DNA from: Auanema rhodensis
Lineage: Eukaryota; Animalia; Nematoda
Reading direction: 5' to 3'
Length of the DNA stretch: 64,000 bases
Assembly (NCBI GenBank): GCA_964057225.1
Contig: OZ059898.1
Location: 19,468,001-19,532,000, forward strand
Translations under genes and position numbers: made by a program
The notes under the pieces: model-generated
The model's input: the letters and a program-made list of their open reading frames with translations, nothing else
Told to the model about the DNA's origin: nothing
The model's database searches: none
Shown here: positions 1-12,600 of the stretch, piece after piece
Numbering within the stretch: position 1 is the stretch's first letter
Layout of the letters: every line of letters begins with the position of its first letter

Positions 1-36
1 TTTGCGCTAGCTTAAAAATGCACCGAGATATCAACT

Positions 37-58
37 GATATAAGTTCACACTTATATC
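37..58. other. Dyad A: perfect 9-bp inverted repeat GATATAAGT-TCAC-ACTTATATC (one per monomer)
   Basis: Read directly: 37-45 is the reverse complement of 50-58, with a 4-nt loop. Confidence 0.95.
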
Positions 59-135
59 CTCGATTTTCACCCTGAAGAATTAATTTTTTCGTTGAATAAC
101 ATTGTCCATCGTCTTTGCCTTGAAAAAAGGAATCT

Positions 136-201
136 AAAAACATCTACGTTTTGCTAAATTATTCTGAAATTTTTCGAAAAAATTTTTGTCAAAATGTTTT
201 T
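136..201. other. Dyad B: AAAAACAT...ATGTTTTT inverted repeat enclosing the 12-bp palindrome TTTTTCGAAAAA (170-181)
   Basis: 136-143 is complementary to 194-201, extending to 10 bp in the AAAAACATTT variant monomers. 170-181 is self-complementary. Confidence 0.85.
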
Positions 202-208
202 GGAAGCA

Positions 209-236
209 ATGTTGAGTGTACATGGAAACTCAACAT
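209..236. other. Dyad C: perfect 9-bp inverted repeat ATGTTGAGT-GTACATGGAA-ACTCAACAT (one per monomer)
   Basis: 209-217 is the reverse complement of 228-236, with a 10-nt loop. Confidence 0.95.
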
Positions 237-1372
237 ACACTAATGCATCATTTTTCAAACGATCATAACTAATTTTTGTATTAAGCGTTTCTCAATGTAG
301 TATAGTGCATTCGATGCGGATTTTTAAACTGCGTCGATCTGTGTTATCAGATTTGCGCTAGCTTAAAAATGCACCGAGATATCAACTGATATAAGTTCAC
401 ACTTATATCCTCGATTTTCACCCTGAAGAATTAATTTTTTCGTTGAATAACATTGTCCATCGTCTTTGCCTTGAAAAAAGGAATCTAAAAACATCTACTT
501 TTTGCTAAATTATTCTGAAATTTTTCGAAAAAATTTTTGTCAAAATGTTTTTGGAAGCAATGTTGAGTGTACATGGAAACTCAACATACACTAATGCATC
601 ATTTTTCAAACGATCATAACTAATTTTTGTATTAAGCGTTTCTCAATGTAGTATAGTGCCTTCGGTGCGGATGTTTAAGCTGCGTCGATCTGTGTTATCA
701 GATTTGCGCTAGCTTAAAAATGCACCGAGATATCAACTGATATAAGTTCACACTTATATCCTCGATTTTCACCCTGAAGAATTAATTTTTTCGTTGAATA
801 ACATTGTCCATCGTCTTTGCCTTGAAAAAAGGAATCTAAAAACATCTACTTTTTGCTAAATTATTCTGAAATTTTTCGAAAAAATTTTTGTCAAAATGTT
901 TTTGGAAGCAATGTTGAGTGTACATGGAAACTCAACATACACTAATGCATCATTTTTCAAACGATCATAACTAATTTTTGTATTAAGCGCTTCTCAATGT
1001 AGTATAGTGCATTCGATGCGGATTTTTAAGCTGCGTCGATCTGTGTTATCAGATTTGCGCTAGCTTAAAAATTCACCGAGATATCAACTGATATAAGTTC
1101 ACACTTATATCCTCGATTTTCACCCTGAAGAATTAATTTTTTCGTTGAATAACATTGTCCATCGTCTTTGCCTTGAAAAACGAAATCTGGAAACATCTAC
1201 TTTTTGCTAAATTATTTTGAAATTTTTCGAAAAAATTTTTGTCAAAATGTTTTTGGAAGCAATGTTGAGTGTACATGGAAACTCAACATACACTAATGCA
1301 TCATTTTTCAAACGATCATAACTAATTTTTGTATTAAGCGTTTTTCAATGTAGTATAGTGCATTCGATGCGG

Positions 1373-1423
1373 ATTTTTAAGCTGCGTCGATCTGTGTTAT
1401 CAGATTTGCGCTAGCTTAAAAAT
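1373..1423. other. Dyad D: 51-nt imperfect hairpin, ATTTTTAAGCT/AGCTTAAAAAT (11 bp) + GCG/CGC + ATCTG/CAGAT (monomer positions 320-370; consensus example shown)
   Basis: Read directly at 1373-1423: an 11-bp perfect outer stem, a 1-nt bulge, 3 bp, a 3x3 internal loop with G-T pairs, a 5-bp inner stem and a 6-nt loop. Confidence 0.9.
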
Positions 1424-2457
1424 GCACCGAGATATCAACTGATATAAGTTCACACTTATATCCTCGATTTTCACCCTGAAGAATTAATTTTTTCGTTGAA
1501 TAACATTGTCCATCGTCTTTGCCTCAAAAAAAGGAATCTAAAAACATCTACTTTTTGCTAAATTATTCTGAAATTTTTCGAAAAAATTTTTGTCAAAATG
1601 TTTTTGGAAGCAATGTTGAGTGTACATGGAAAGTCAACATACACTAATGCATCATTTTTCAAACGATCATAACTAATTTTTGTATTAAGCGTTTCTCAAT
1701 GTAGTATAGTGCATTCGATGCGGATTTGTAAGCTGCGTCGATCTGTGTTATTAGATTTGCGCTAGCTTAAAAATTCACCGAGATATCAACTGGTATAAGT
1801 TCACACTTATATCCTCGATTTTCACCCTGAAGAATTAATTTTTTCGTTGAATAACATTGTCCATCGTCTTTGCCTCAAAAAAAGGAATCTAAAAACATCT
1901 ACTTTTTGCTAAATTATTCTGAAATTTTTCGAAAAAATTTTTGTCAAAATGTTTTTGGAAGCAATGTTGAGTGTACATGGAAACTCAACATACACTAATG
2001 CATCATTTTTCAAACGATCATAACTAATTTTTGTATTAAGCGTTTCTCAATGTAGTATAGTGCATTCGATGCGGATTTTTAAGCTGCGTCGATCTGTGTT
2101 ATCAGATTTGCGCTAGCTTAAAAATGCACCGAGATATCAACTGATATAAGTTCACACTTATATCCTCGATTTTCACCCTGAAGAAAAAATTTTTTCGTTG
2201 AATAACATTGTCCATCGTCTTTGCCTTGAAAAAAGGAATCTAAAAACATCTACTTTTTGCTAAATTATTTTGAAATTTTTCGAAAAAATTTTTGTCAAAA
2301 TGTTTTTGGAAGCAATGTTGAGTGTACATGGAAACTCAACATACACTAATGCATCATTTTTCAAACGATCATAACTAATTTTTGTATTAAGCGTTTCTCA
2401 ATGTAGTATAGTGCATTCGATGCGGATTTTTAAGCTGCGTCGATCTGTGTTATCAGA

Positions 2458-5400
2458 TTTGCGCTAGCTTAAAAATGCACCGAGATATCAACTGATATAA
2501 GTTCACACTTATATCCTCAATTTTCACCCTGAAGAATTAATTTTTTCGTTGAATAACATTGTTCATCGTCTTTGCCTTGAAAAAAGGAATCTAAAAACAT
2601 CTACTTTTTGCTAAATTATTTTGAAATTTTTCGAAAAAATTTTTGTCAAAATGTTTTTGGAAGCAATGTTGAGTGTACATGGAAACTCAACATACACTAA
2701 TGCATCATTTTTCAAACGATCATAACTAATTTTTGTATTAAGCGTTTCTCAATGTAGTAAAGTGCATTCGATGCGGATTTTTAAGCTGCGTCGATCTGTG
2801 TTATCAGATTTGCGCTAGCTTAAAAATGCACCGAGACATCAACTGATACAAGTTCACACTTATATCCTCCATTTTCACCCTGAAGAATTTATTTTTTCGT
2901 TGAATAACATTGTTCATCGTCTTTGCCTTGAAAAAAGGAATCTAAAAACATCTACTTTTTGCTAAATTATTTTGAAATTTTTCGAAAAAATTTTTGTCAA
3001 AATGTTTTTGGAAGCAATGTTGAGTGTACATGGAAACTCAACATACACTAATGCATCATTTTTCAAACGATCATAACTAATTTTTGTATTAAGCGTTTCT
3101 CAATGTAGTATAGTGCATTCGATGCGGATTTTTAAGCTGCGTCGATCTGTGTTATCAGATTTGCGCTAGCTTAAAAATGCACCGAGACATCAACTGATAT
3201 AAGTTCACACTTATATCCTCGATTTTCACCCTGAAGAATTACTTTTTTCGTTGAATAACATTGTCCATCGTCTTTGCCTTGAAAAAAGGAATCTAAAAAC
3301 ATCTACTTTTTGCTAAATTATTTTGAAATTTTTCGAAAAAATTTTTGTCAAAATGTTTTTGGAAGCAATGTTGAGTGTACATGGAAACTCAACATACACT
3401 AATGCATCATTTTTCAAACGATCATAACTAATTTTTGTATTAAGCGTTTCTCAATGTAGTATAGTGCATTTGATGCGGATTGTTAAGCTGCGTCGATCTG
3501 TGTTATCAGATTTGCGCTAGCTTAAAAATGCACCGAGATATCAACTGATATAAGTTCACACTTATATCCTCGATTTTCACCCTGAAGAATTTATTTTTTC
3601 GTTGAATAACATTGTCCATCGTCTTTGCCTTGAAAAAAGGAATCTAAAAACATCTACTTTTTGCTAAATTATTCTGAAATTTTTCGAAAAACTTTTTGTC
3701 AAAATGTTTTTGGAAGCAATGTTGAGTGTACATGGAAACTCAACATACACTAATGCATCATTTTTCAAACGATCATAACTAATTTCTGTATTAAGCGTTT
3801 CTCAATGTAGTATAGTGCATTCGATGCGGATTTTTAAGCTGCGTCGATCTGTGTTATCAGATTTGCGCTAGCTTAAAAATGCACCGAGACATCAACTGAT
3901 ATAAGTTCACACTTATATCCTCGATTTTCACCCTGAAGAAATAATTTTTTCGTTGAATAACATTGTCCATCGTCTTTGCCTTGAAAAAAGGAATCTAAAA
4001 ACATCTACTTTTTGCTAAATTATTTTGAAATTTTTCGAAAAAATTTTTGTCAAAATGTTTTTGGAAGCAATGTTGAGTGTACATGGAAACTCAACATACA
4101 CTAATGCATCATTTTTCAAACGATCATAACTAATTTTTGTATTAAGCGTTTCTCAATGTAGTATAGTGCATTCGATGCGGATTTTTAAGCTGCGTCGATC
4201 TGTGTTATCAGATTTGCGCTAGCTTAAAAATGCACCGAGATATCAACTGATATAAGTTCACACTTATATCCTCAATTTTCACCCTGAAGAATTAATTTTT
4301 TCGTTGAATAACATTGTTCATCGTCTTTGCCTTGAAAAAAGGAATCTAAAAACATCTACTTTTTGCTAAATTATTTTGAAATTTTTCGAAAAAATTTTTG
4401 TCAAAATGTTTTTGGAAGCAATGTTGAGTGTACATGGAAACTCAACATACACTAATGCATCATTTTTCAAACGATCATAACTAATTTTTGTATTAAGCGT
4501 TTCTCAATGTAGTAAAGTGCATTCGATGCGGATTTTTAAGCTGCGTCGATCTGTGTTATCAGATTTGCGCTAGCTTAAAAATGCACCGAGACATCAACTG
4601 ATACAAGTTCACACTTATATCCTCAATTTTCACCCTGAAGAATTAATTTTTTCGTTGAATAACATTGTTCATCGTCTTTGCCTTGAAAAAAGGAATCTAA
4701 AAACATCTACTTTTTGCTAAATTATTTTGAAATTTTTCGAAAAAATTTTTGTCAAAATGTTTTTGGAAGCAATGTTGAGTGTACATGGAAACTCAACATA
4801 CACTAATGCATCATTTTTCAAACGATCATAACTAATTTTTGTATTAAGCGTTTCTCAATGTAGTAAAGTGCATTCGATGCGGATTTTTAAGCTGCGTCGA
4901 TCTGTGTTATCAGATTTGCGCTAGCTTAAAAATGCACCGAGACATCAACTGATACAAGTTCACACTTATATCCTCCATTTTCACCCTGAAGAATTTATTT
5001 TTTCGTTGAATAACATTGTTCATCGTCTTTGCCTTGAAAAAAGGAATCTAAAAACATCTACTTTTTGCTAAATTATTTTGAAATTTTTCGAAAAAATTTT
5101 TGTCAAAATGTTTTTGGAAGCAATGTTGAGTGTACATGGAAACTCAACATACACTAATGCATCATTTTTCAAACGATCATAACTAATTTTTGTATTAAGC
5201 GTTTCTCAATGTAGTATAGTGCATTCGATGCGGATTTTTAAGCTGCGTCGATCTGTGTTATCAGATTTGCGCTAGCTTAAAAATGCACCGAGACATCAAC
5301 TGATATAAGTTCACACTTATATCCTCGATTTTCACCCTGAAGAATTACTTTTTTCGTTGAATAACATTGTCCATCGTCTTTGCCTTGAAAAAAGGAATCT

Positions 5401-6669
5401 AAAAACATCTACTTTTTGCTAAATTATTTTGAAATTTTTCGAAAAAATTTTTGTCAAAATGTTTTTGGAAGCAATGTTGAGTGTACATGGAAACTCAACA
5501 TACACTAATGCATCATTTTTCAAACGATCATAACTAATTTTTGTATTAAGCGTTTCTCAATGTAGTATAGTGCATTTGATGCGGATTGTTAAGCTGCGTC
5601 GATCTGTGTTATCAGATTTGCGCTAGCTTAAAAATGCACCGAGATATCAACTGATATAAGTTCACACTTATATCCTCGATTTTCACCCTGAAGAATTTAT
5701 TTTTTCGTTGAATAACATTGTCCATCGTCTTTGCCTTGAAAAAAGGAATCTAAAAACATCTACTTTTTGCTAAATTATTCTGAAATTTTTCGAAAAACTT
5801 TTTGTCAAAATGTTTTTGGAAGCAATGTTGAGTGTACATGGAAACTCAACATACACTAATGCATCATTTTTCAAACGATCATAACTAATTTCTGTATTAA
5901 GCGTTTCTCAATGTAGTATAGTGCATTCGATGCGGATTTTTAAGCTGCGTCGATCTGTGTTATCAGATTTGCGCTAGCTTAAAAATGCACCGAGACATCA
6001 ACTGATATAAGTTCACACTTATATCCTCGATTTTCACCCTGAAGAAATAATTTTTTCGTTGAATAACATTGTCCATCGTCTTTGCCTTGAAAAAAGGAAT
6101 CTAAAAACATCTACTTTTTGCTAAATTATTTTGAAATTTTTCGAAAAAATTTTTGTCAAAATGTTTTTGGAAGCAATGTTGAGTGTACATGGAAACTCAA
6201 CATACACTAATGCATCATTTTTCAAACGATCATAACTAATTTTTGTATTAAGCGTTTCTCAATGTAGTATAGTGCATTCGATGCGGATTTTTAAGCTGCG
6301 TCGATCTGTGTTATCAGAGTTGCGCTAGCTTAAAAATGCACCGAGATATCAACTGATATAAGTTCACACTTATATCCTCAATTTTCACCCTGAAGAATTA
6401 ATTTTTTCGTTGAATAACATTGTTCATCGTCTTTGCCTTGAAAAAAGGAATCTAAAAACATCTACTTTTTGCTAAATTATTTTGAAATTTTTCGAAAAAA
6501 TTTTTGTCAAAATGTTTTTGGAAGCAATGTTGAGTGTACATGGAAACTCAACATACACTAATGCATCATTTTTCAAACGATCATAACTAATTTTTGTATT
6601 AAGCGTTTCTCAATGTAGTAAAGTGCATTCGATGCGGATTTTTAAGCTGCGTCGATCTGTGTTATCAGA
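2458..6669. repeat. Higher-order repeat: 5-monomer unit duplicated at 6-monomer (2106-bp) spacing
   Basis: The private variants GAATTACTTT (~3241 and ~5347) and GCATTTGATGCGGATTGTT (3471 and 5577) are both offset by 2106. Confidence 0.85.
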
Positions 6670-9600
6670 TTTGCGCTAGCTTAAAAATGCACCGAGACAT
6701 CAACTGATACAAGTTCACACTTATATCCTCCATTTTCACCCTGAAGAATTTATTTTTTCGTTGAATAACATCGTCCATCGTCTTTGCCTTGAAAGAAGGA
6801 ATCTAAAAACATCTACTTTTTGCTAAATTATTCTGAAATTTTTCGAAAAAATTTTTGTCAAAATGTTTTTGGAAGCAATGTTGAGTGTACATGGAAACTC
6901 AACATACACTAATGCATCATTTTTCAAACGATCATAACTAATTTCTGTATTAAGCGTTTTTCAATGTAGTATAGTGCATTCGATGCGGATTTTTAAGCTG
7001 CGTCGATCTGTGTTGTCAGATTTGCGCTAGCTTAAAAATGCACCGAGACATCAACTGATATAAGTTCACACTTATATCCTCGATTTTCACCCTGAAGAAA
7101 TAATTTTTTCGTTGAATAACATTGTCCATCGTCTTTGCCTTGAAAAAAAAATCTAAAAACATCTACTTTTTGCTAAATTATTTTGAAATTTTTCGAAAAA
7201 ATTTTTGTCAAAATGTTTTTGGAAGCAATGTTGAGTGTACATGGAAACTCAACATACACTAATGCATCATTTTTCAAACAATCATAACTAATTTTTGTAT
7301 TAAGCGTTTCTCAATGTAGAATAGTGCATTCGATGCAGTTTTGTAAGCTGCGTCGATCTGTTTGATCAGATTTGGGCTAGCTTAAAAATGCACCGAGATA
7401 TCAACTGATATAAGTTCACACTTATATCCTCGATTTTCACCCTGAAGAATTAATTTTTTCGTTGAATAACATTGTCCATCGTCTTTGCCTTGAAAAAAGG
7501 AATTTAAAAACATCTACTTTTTGCTAAATTATTCTGAAATTTTTCGAAAAAATTTTTGTCAAAATGTTTTTGGAAGCAATGTTGAGTGTACATGGAAACT
7601 CAACATACACTAATGCATCATTTTTCAAACGATCATAACTAATTTTTGTATTAAGCGTTTCTCAATGTAGTATAGTGCATTCGATGCGGATTTTTAAGCT
7701 GCGTCGATCTGTGTTATCAGATTCGCGCTAGCTTAAAAATGCACCGAGATATCAACTGATATAAGTTCACACTTATATCCTCAATTTTCACCCTGAAGAA
7801 TTAATTTTTTCGTTGAATAACATTGTTCATCGTCTTTGCCTTGAAAAAAGGAATCTAAAAACATCTACTTTTTGCTAAATTATTTTGAAATTTTTCGAAA
7901 AAATTTTTGTCAAAATGTTTTTGGAAGCAATGTTGAGTGTACATGGAAACTCAACATACACTAATGCATCATTTTTCAAACGATCATAACTAATTTTTGT
8001 ATTAAGCGTTTCTCAATGTAGTAAAGTGCATTCGATGCGGATTTTTAAGCTGCGTCGATCTGTGTTATCAGATTTGCGCTAGCTTAAAAATGCACCGAGA
8101 CATCAACTGATACAAGTTCACACTTATATCCTCCATTTTCACCCTGAAGAATTTATTTTTTCGTTGAATAACATCGTCCATCGTCTTTGCCTTGAAAGAA
8201 GGAATCTAAAAACATCTACTTTTTGCTAAATTATTCTGAAATTTTTCGAAAAAATTTTTGTCAAAATGTTTTTGGAAGCAATGTTGAGTGTACATGGAAA
8301 CTCAACATACACTAATGCATCATTTTTCAAACGATCATAACTAATTTCTGTATTGAGCGTTTTTCAATGTAGTATAGTGCATTCGATGCGGATTTTTAAG
8401 CTGCGTCGATCTGTGTTGTCAGATTTGCGCTAGCTTAAAAATGCACCGAGACATCAACTGATATAAGTTCACACTTATATCCTCGATTTTCACCCTGAAG
8501 AAATAATTTTTTCGTTGAATAACATTGTCCATCGTCTTTGCCTTGAAAAAAAAATCTAAAAACATCTACTTTTTGCTAAATTATTTTGAAATTTTTCGAA
8601 AAAATTTTTGTCAAAATGTTTTTGGAAGCAATGTTGAGTGTACATGGAAACTCAACATACACTAATGCATCATTTTTCAAACAATCATAACTAATTTTTG
8701 TATTAAGCGTTTCTCAATGTAGAATAGTGCATTCGATGCAGTTTTGTAAGCTGCGTCGATCTGTTTGATCAGATTTGGGCTAGCTTAAAAATGCACCGAG
8801 ATATCAACTGATATAAGTTCACACTTATATCCTCGATTTTCACCCTGAAGAATTAATTTTTTCGTTGAATAACATTGTCCATCGTCTTTGCCTTGAAAAA
8901 AGGAATCTAAAAACATCTACTTTTTGCTAAATTATTCTGAAATTTTTCGAAAAAATTTTTGTCAAAATGTTTTTGGAAGCAATGTTGAGTGTACATGGAA
9001 ACTCAACATACACTAATGCATCATTTTTCAAACGATCATAACTAATTTTTGTATTAAGCGTTTCTCAATGTAGTATAGTGCATTCGATGCGGATTTTTAA
9101 GCTGCGTCGATCTGTGTTGTCAGATTTGCGCTAGCTTTAAAATGCACCGAGACATCAACTGATATAAGTTCACACTTATATCCTCGATTTTCACCCTGAA
9201 GAAATAATTTTTTCGTTGAATAACATTGTCCATCGTCTTTGCCTTGAAAGAAGGAATCTAAAAACATCTACTTTTTGCTAAATTATTCTGAAATTTTTCG
9301 AAAAAATTTTTGTCAAAATGTTTTTGGAAGCAATGTTGAGTGTACATGGAAACTCAACATACACTAATGCATCATTTTTCAAACGATCATAACTAATTTT
9401 TGTATTAAGCGTTTCTCAATGTAGTATAGTGCATTCGATGCGGATTTTTAAGCTGCGTCGATCTGTGTTATCAGATTTGCGCTAGCTTAAAAATGCACCG
9501 AGATATCAACTGATATAAGTTCACACTTATATCCTCGATTTTCACCCTGAAGAATTAATTTTTTCGTTGAATAACATTGTCCATCGTCTTTGCCTTGAAA

Positions 9601-12600
9601 AAAAAAATCTAAAAACATCTACTTTTTGCTAAATTATTTTGAAATTTTTCGAAAAAATTTTTGTCAAAATGTTTTTGGAAGCAATGTTGAGTGTACATGG
9701 AAACTCAACATACACTAATGCATCATTTTTCAAACGATCATAACTAATTTTTGTATTAAGCGTTTCTCAATGTAGTATAGTGCATTCGATGCGGATTTTT
9801 AAGCTGCGTCGATCTGTGTTGTCAGATTTGCGCTAGCTTAAAAATGCACCGAGACATCAACTGATATAAGTTCACACTTATATCCTCGATTTTCACCCTG
9901 AAGAATTTATTTTTTCGTTGAATAACATTGTCCATCGTCTTTGCCTTGAAAAAAGGAATCTAAAAACATCTACTTTTTGCTAAATTATTCTGAAAATTTT
10001 CGAAAAACTTTTTGTCAAAATGTTTTTGGAAGCAATGTTGAGTGTACATGGAAACTCAACATACACTAATGCATCATTTTTCAAACGATCATAACTAATT
10101 TCTGTATTAAGCGTTTCTCAATGTAGTATAGTGCATTCGATGCGGATTTTTAAGCTGCGTCGATCTGTGTTATCAGATTTGCGCTAGCTTAAAAATGCAC
10201 CGAGACATCAACTGATATAAGTTCACACTTATATCCTCGATTTTCACCCTGAAGAAATAATTTTTTCGTTGAATAACATTGTCCATCGTCTTTGCCTTGA
10301 AAAAAGGAATCTAAAAACATCTACTTTTTGCTAAATTATTTTGAAATTTTTCGAAAAAATTTTTGTCAAAATGTTTTTGGAAGCAATGTTGAGTGTACAT
10401 GGAAACTCAACATACACTAATGCATCATTTTTCAAACGATCATAACTAATTTTTGTATCAAGCGTTTCTCAATGTAGTAAAGTGCATTCGATGCGGATTT
10501 TTAAGCTGCGTCGATCTGTGTTATCAGATTTGCGCTAGCTTAAAAATGCACCGAGACATCAACTGATACAAGTTCACACTTATATCCTCCATTTTCACCC
10601 TGAAGAATTTATTTTTTCGTTGAATAACATCGTCCATCGTCTTTGCCTTGAAAGAAGGAATCTAAAAACATCTACTTTTTGCTAAATTATTCTGAAATTT
10701 TTCGAAAAAATTTTTGTCAAAATGTTTTTGGAAGCAATGTTGAGTGTACATGGAAACTCAACATACACTAATGCATCATTTTTCAAACGATCATAACTAA
10801 TTTCTGTATTAAGCGTTTTTCAATGTAGTATAGTGCATTCGATGCGGATTTTTAAGCTGCGTCGATCTGTGTTGTCAGATTTGCGCTAGCTTAAAAATGC
10901 ACCGAGACATCAACTGATATAAGTTCACACTTATATCCTCGATTTTCACCCTGAAGAAATAATTTTTTCGTTGAATAACATTGTCCATCGTCTTTGCCTT
11001 GAAAAAAAAATCTAAAAACATCTACTTTTTGCTAAATTATTTTGAAATTTTTCGAAAAAATTTTTGTCAAAATGTTTTTGGAAGCAATGTTGAGTGTACA
11101 TGGAAACTCAACATACACTAATGCATCATTTTTCAAACAATCATAACTAATTTTTGTATTAAGCGTTTCTCAATGTAGAATAGTGCATTCGATGCAGTTT
11201 TGTAAGCTGCGTCGATCTGTTTGATCAGATTTGGGCTAGCTTAAAAATGCACCGAGATATCAACTGATATAAGTTCACACTTATATCCTCGATTTTCACC
11301 CTGAAGAATTAATTTTTTCGTTGAATAACATTGTCCATCGTCTTTGCCTTGAAAAAAGGAATCTAAAAACATCTACTTTTTGCTAAATTATTCTGAAATT
11401 TTTCGAAAAAATTTTTGTCAAAATGTTTTTGGAAGCAATGTTGAGTGTACATGGAAACTCAACATACACTAATGCATCATTTTTCAAACGATCATAACTA
11501 ATTTTTGTATTAAGCGTTTCTCAATGTAGTATAGTGCATTCGATGCGGATTTTTAAGCTGCGTCGATCTGTGTTGTCAGATTTGCGCTAGCTTTAAAATG
11601 CACCGAGACATCAACTGATATAAGTTCACACTTATATCCTCGATTTTCACCCTGAAGAAATAATTTTTTCGTTGAATAACATTGTCCATCGTCTTTGCCT
11701 TGAAAGAAGGAATCTAAAAACATCTACTTTTTGCTAAATTATTCTGAAATTTTTCGAAAAAATTTTTGTCAAAATGTTTTTGGAAGCAATGTTGAGTGTA
11801 CATGGAAACTCAACATACACTAATGCATCATTTTTCAAACGATCATAACTAATTTTTGTATTAAGCGTTTCTCAATGTAGTATAGTGCATTCGATGCGGA
11901 TTTTTAAGCTGCGTCGATCTGTGTTATCAGATTTGCGCTAGCTTAAAAATGCACCGAGATATCAACTGATATAAGTTCACACTTATATCCTCGATTTTCA
12001 CCCTGAAGAATTAATTTTTTCGTTGAATAACATTGTCCATCGTCTTTGCCTTGAAAAAAAAAATCTGAAAACATCTACTTTTTGCTAAATTATTTTGAAA
12101 TTTTTCGAAAAAATTTTTGTCAAAATGTTTTTGGAAGCAATGTTGAGTGTACATGGAAACTCAACATACACTAATGCATCATTTTTCAAACGATCATAAC
12201 TAATTTTTGTATTAAGCGTTTCTCAATGTAGTATAGTGCATTCGATGCGGATTTTTAAGCTGCGTCGATCTGTGTTGTCAGATTTGCGCTAGCTTAAAAA
12301 TGCACCGAGACATCAACTGATATAAGTTCACACTTATATCCTCGATTTTCACCCTGAAGAATTTATTTTTTCGTTGAATAACATTGTCCATCGTCTTTGC
12401 CTTGAAAAAAGGAATCTAAAAACATCTACTTTTTGCTAAATTATTCTGAAATTTTTCGAAAAACTTTTTGTCAAAATGTTTTTGGAAGCAATGTTGAGAG
12501 TACATGGAAACTCAACATACACTAATGCATCATTTTTCAAACGATCATAACTAATTTCTGTATTAAGCGTTTCTCAATGTAGTATAGTGCATTCGATGCG

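Larger units (their letters stand above)
1..351. repeat. Representative monomer (arbitrary phase), ~31.6% GC, many A/T tracts of 4-6 nt
   Basis: Hand count gives 58 C and 53 G in 351 nt. The next copy starts at 352. Confidence 0.97.

Noticed and set aside
63-277. Primary-sequence similarity between monomer halves (ATTTTCA...TAATTTTT at ~63-88 vs ~251-277)
   Set aside because: The match is short and low-complexity, and the offset is ~189 rather than ~175. It is not distinguishable from chance by eye.
1-351. Tandem 5S rRNA, tRNA, snRNA or spliced-leader gene array
   Set aside because: I see no recognisable 5S or tRNA sequence, A/B boxes, cloverleaf or known leader motif. An Rfam/Infernal search would be the definitive test.
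1-351. Assignment to a named ~350-360-bp satellite (Drosophila 1.688 family, Tribolium satellites) or a canonical CENP-B box
   Set aside because: Only length and AT-richness are similar. I cannot see convincing sequence identity, nor a canonical TTCG-N4-A-N2-CGGG motif. This needs a BLAST search.
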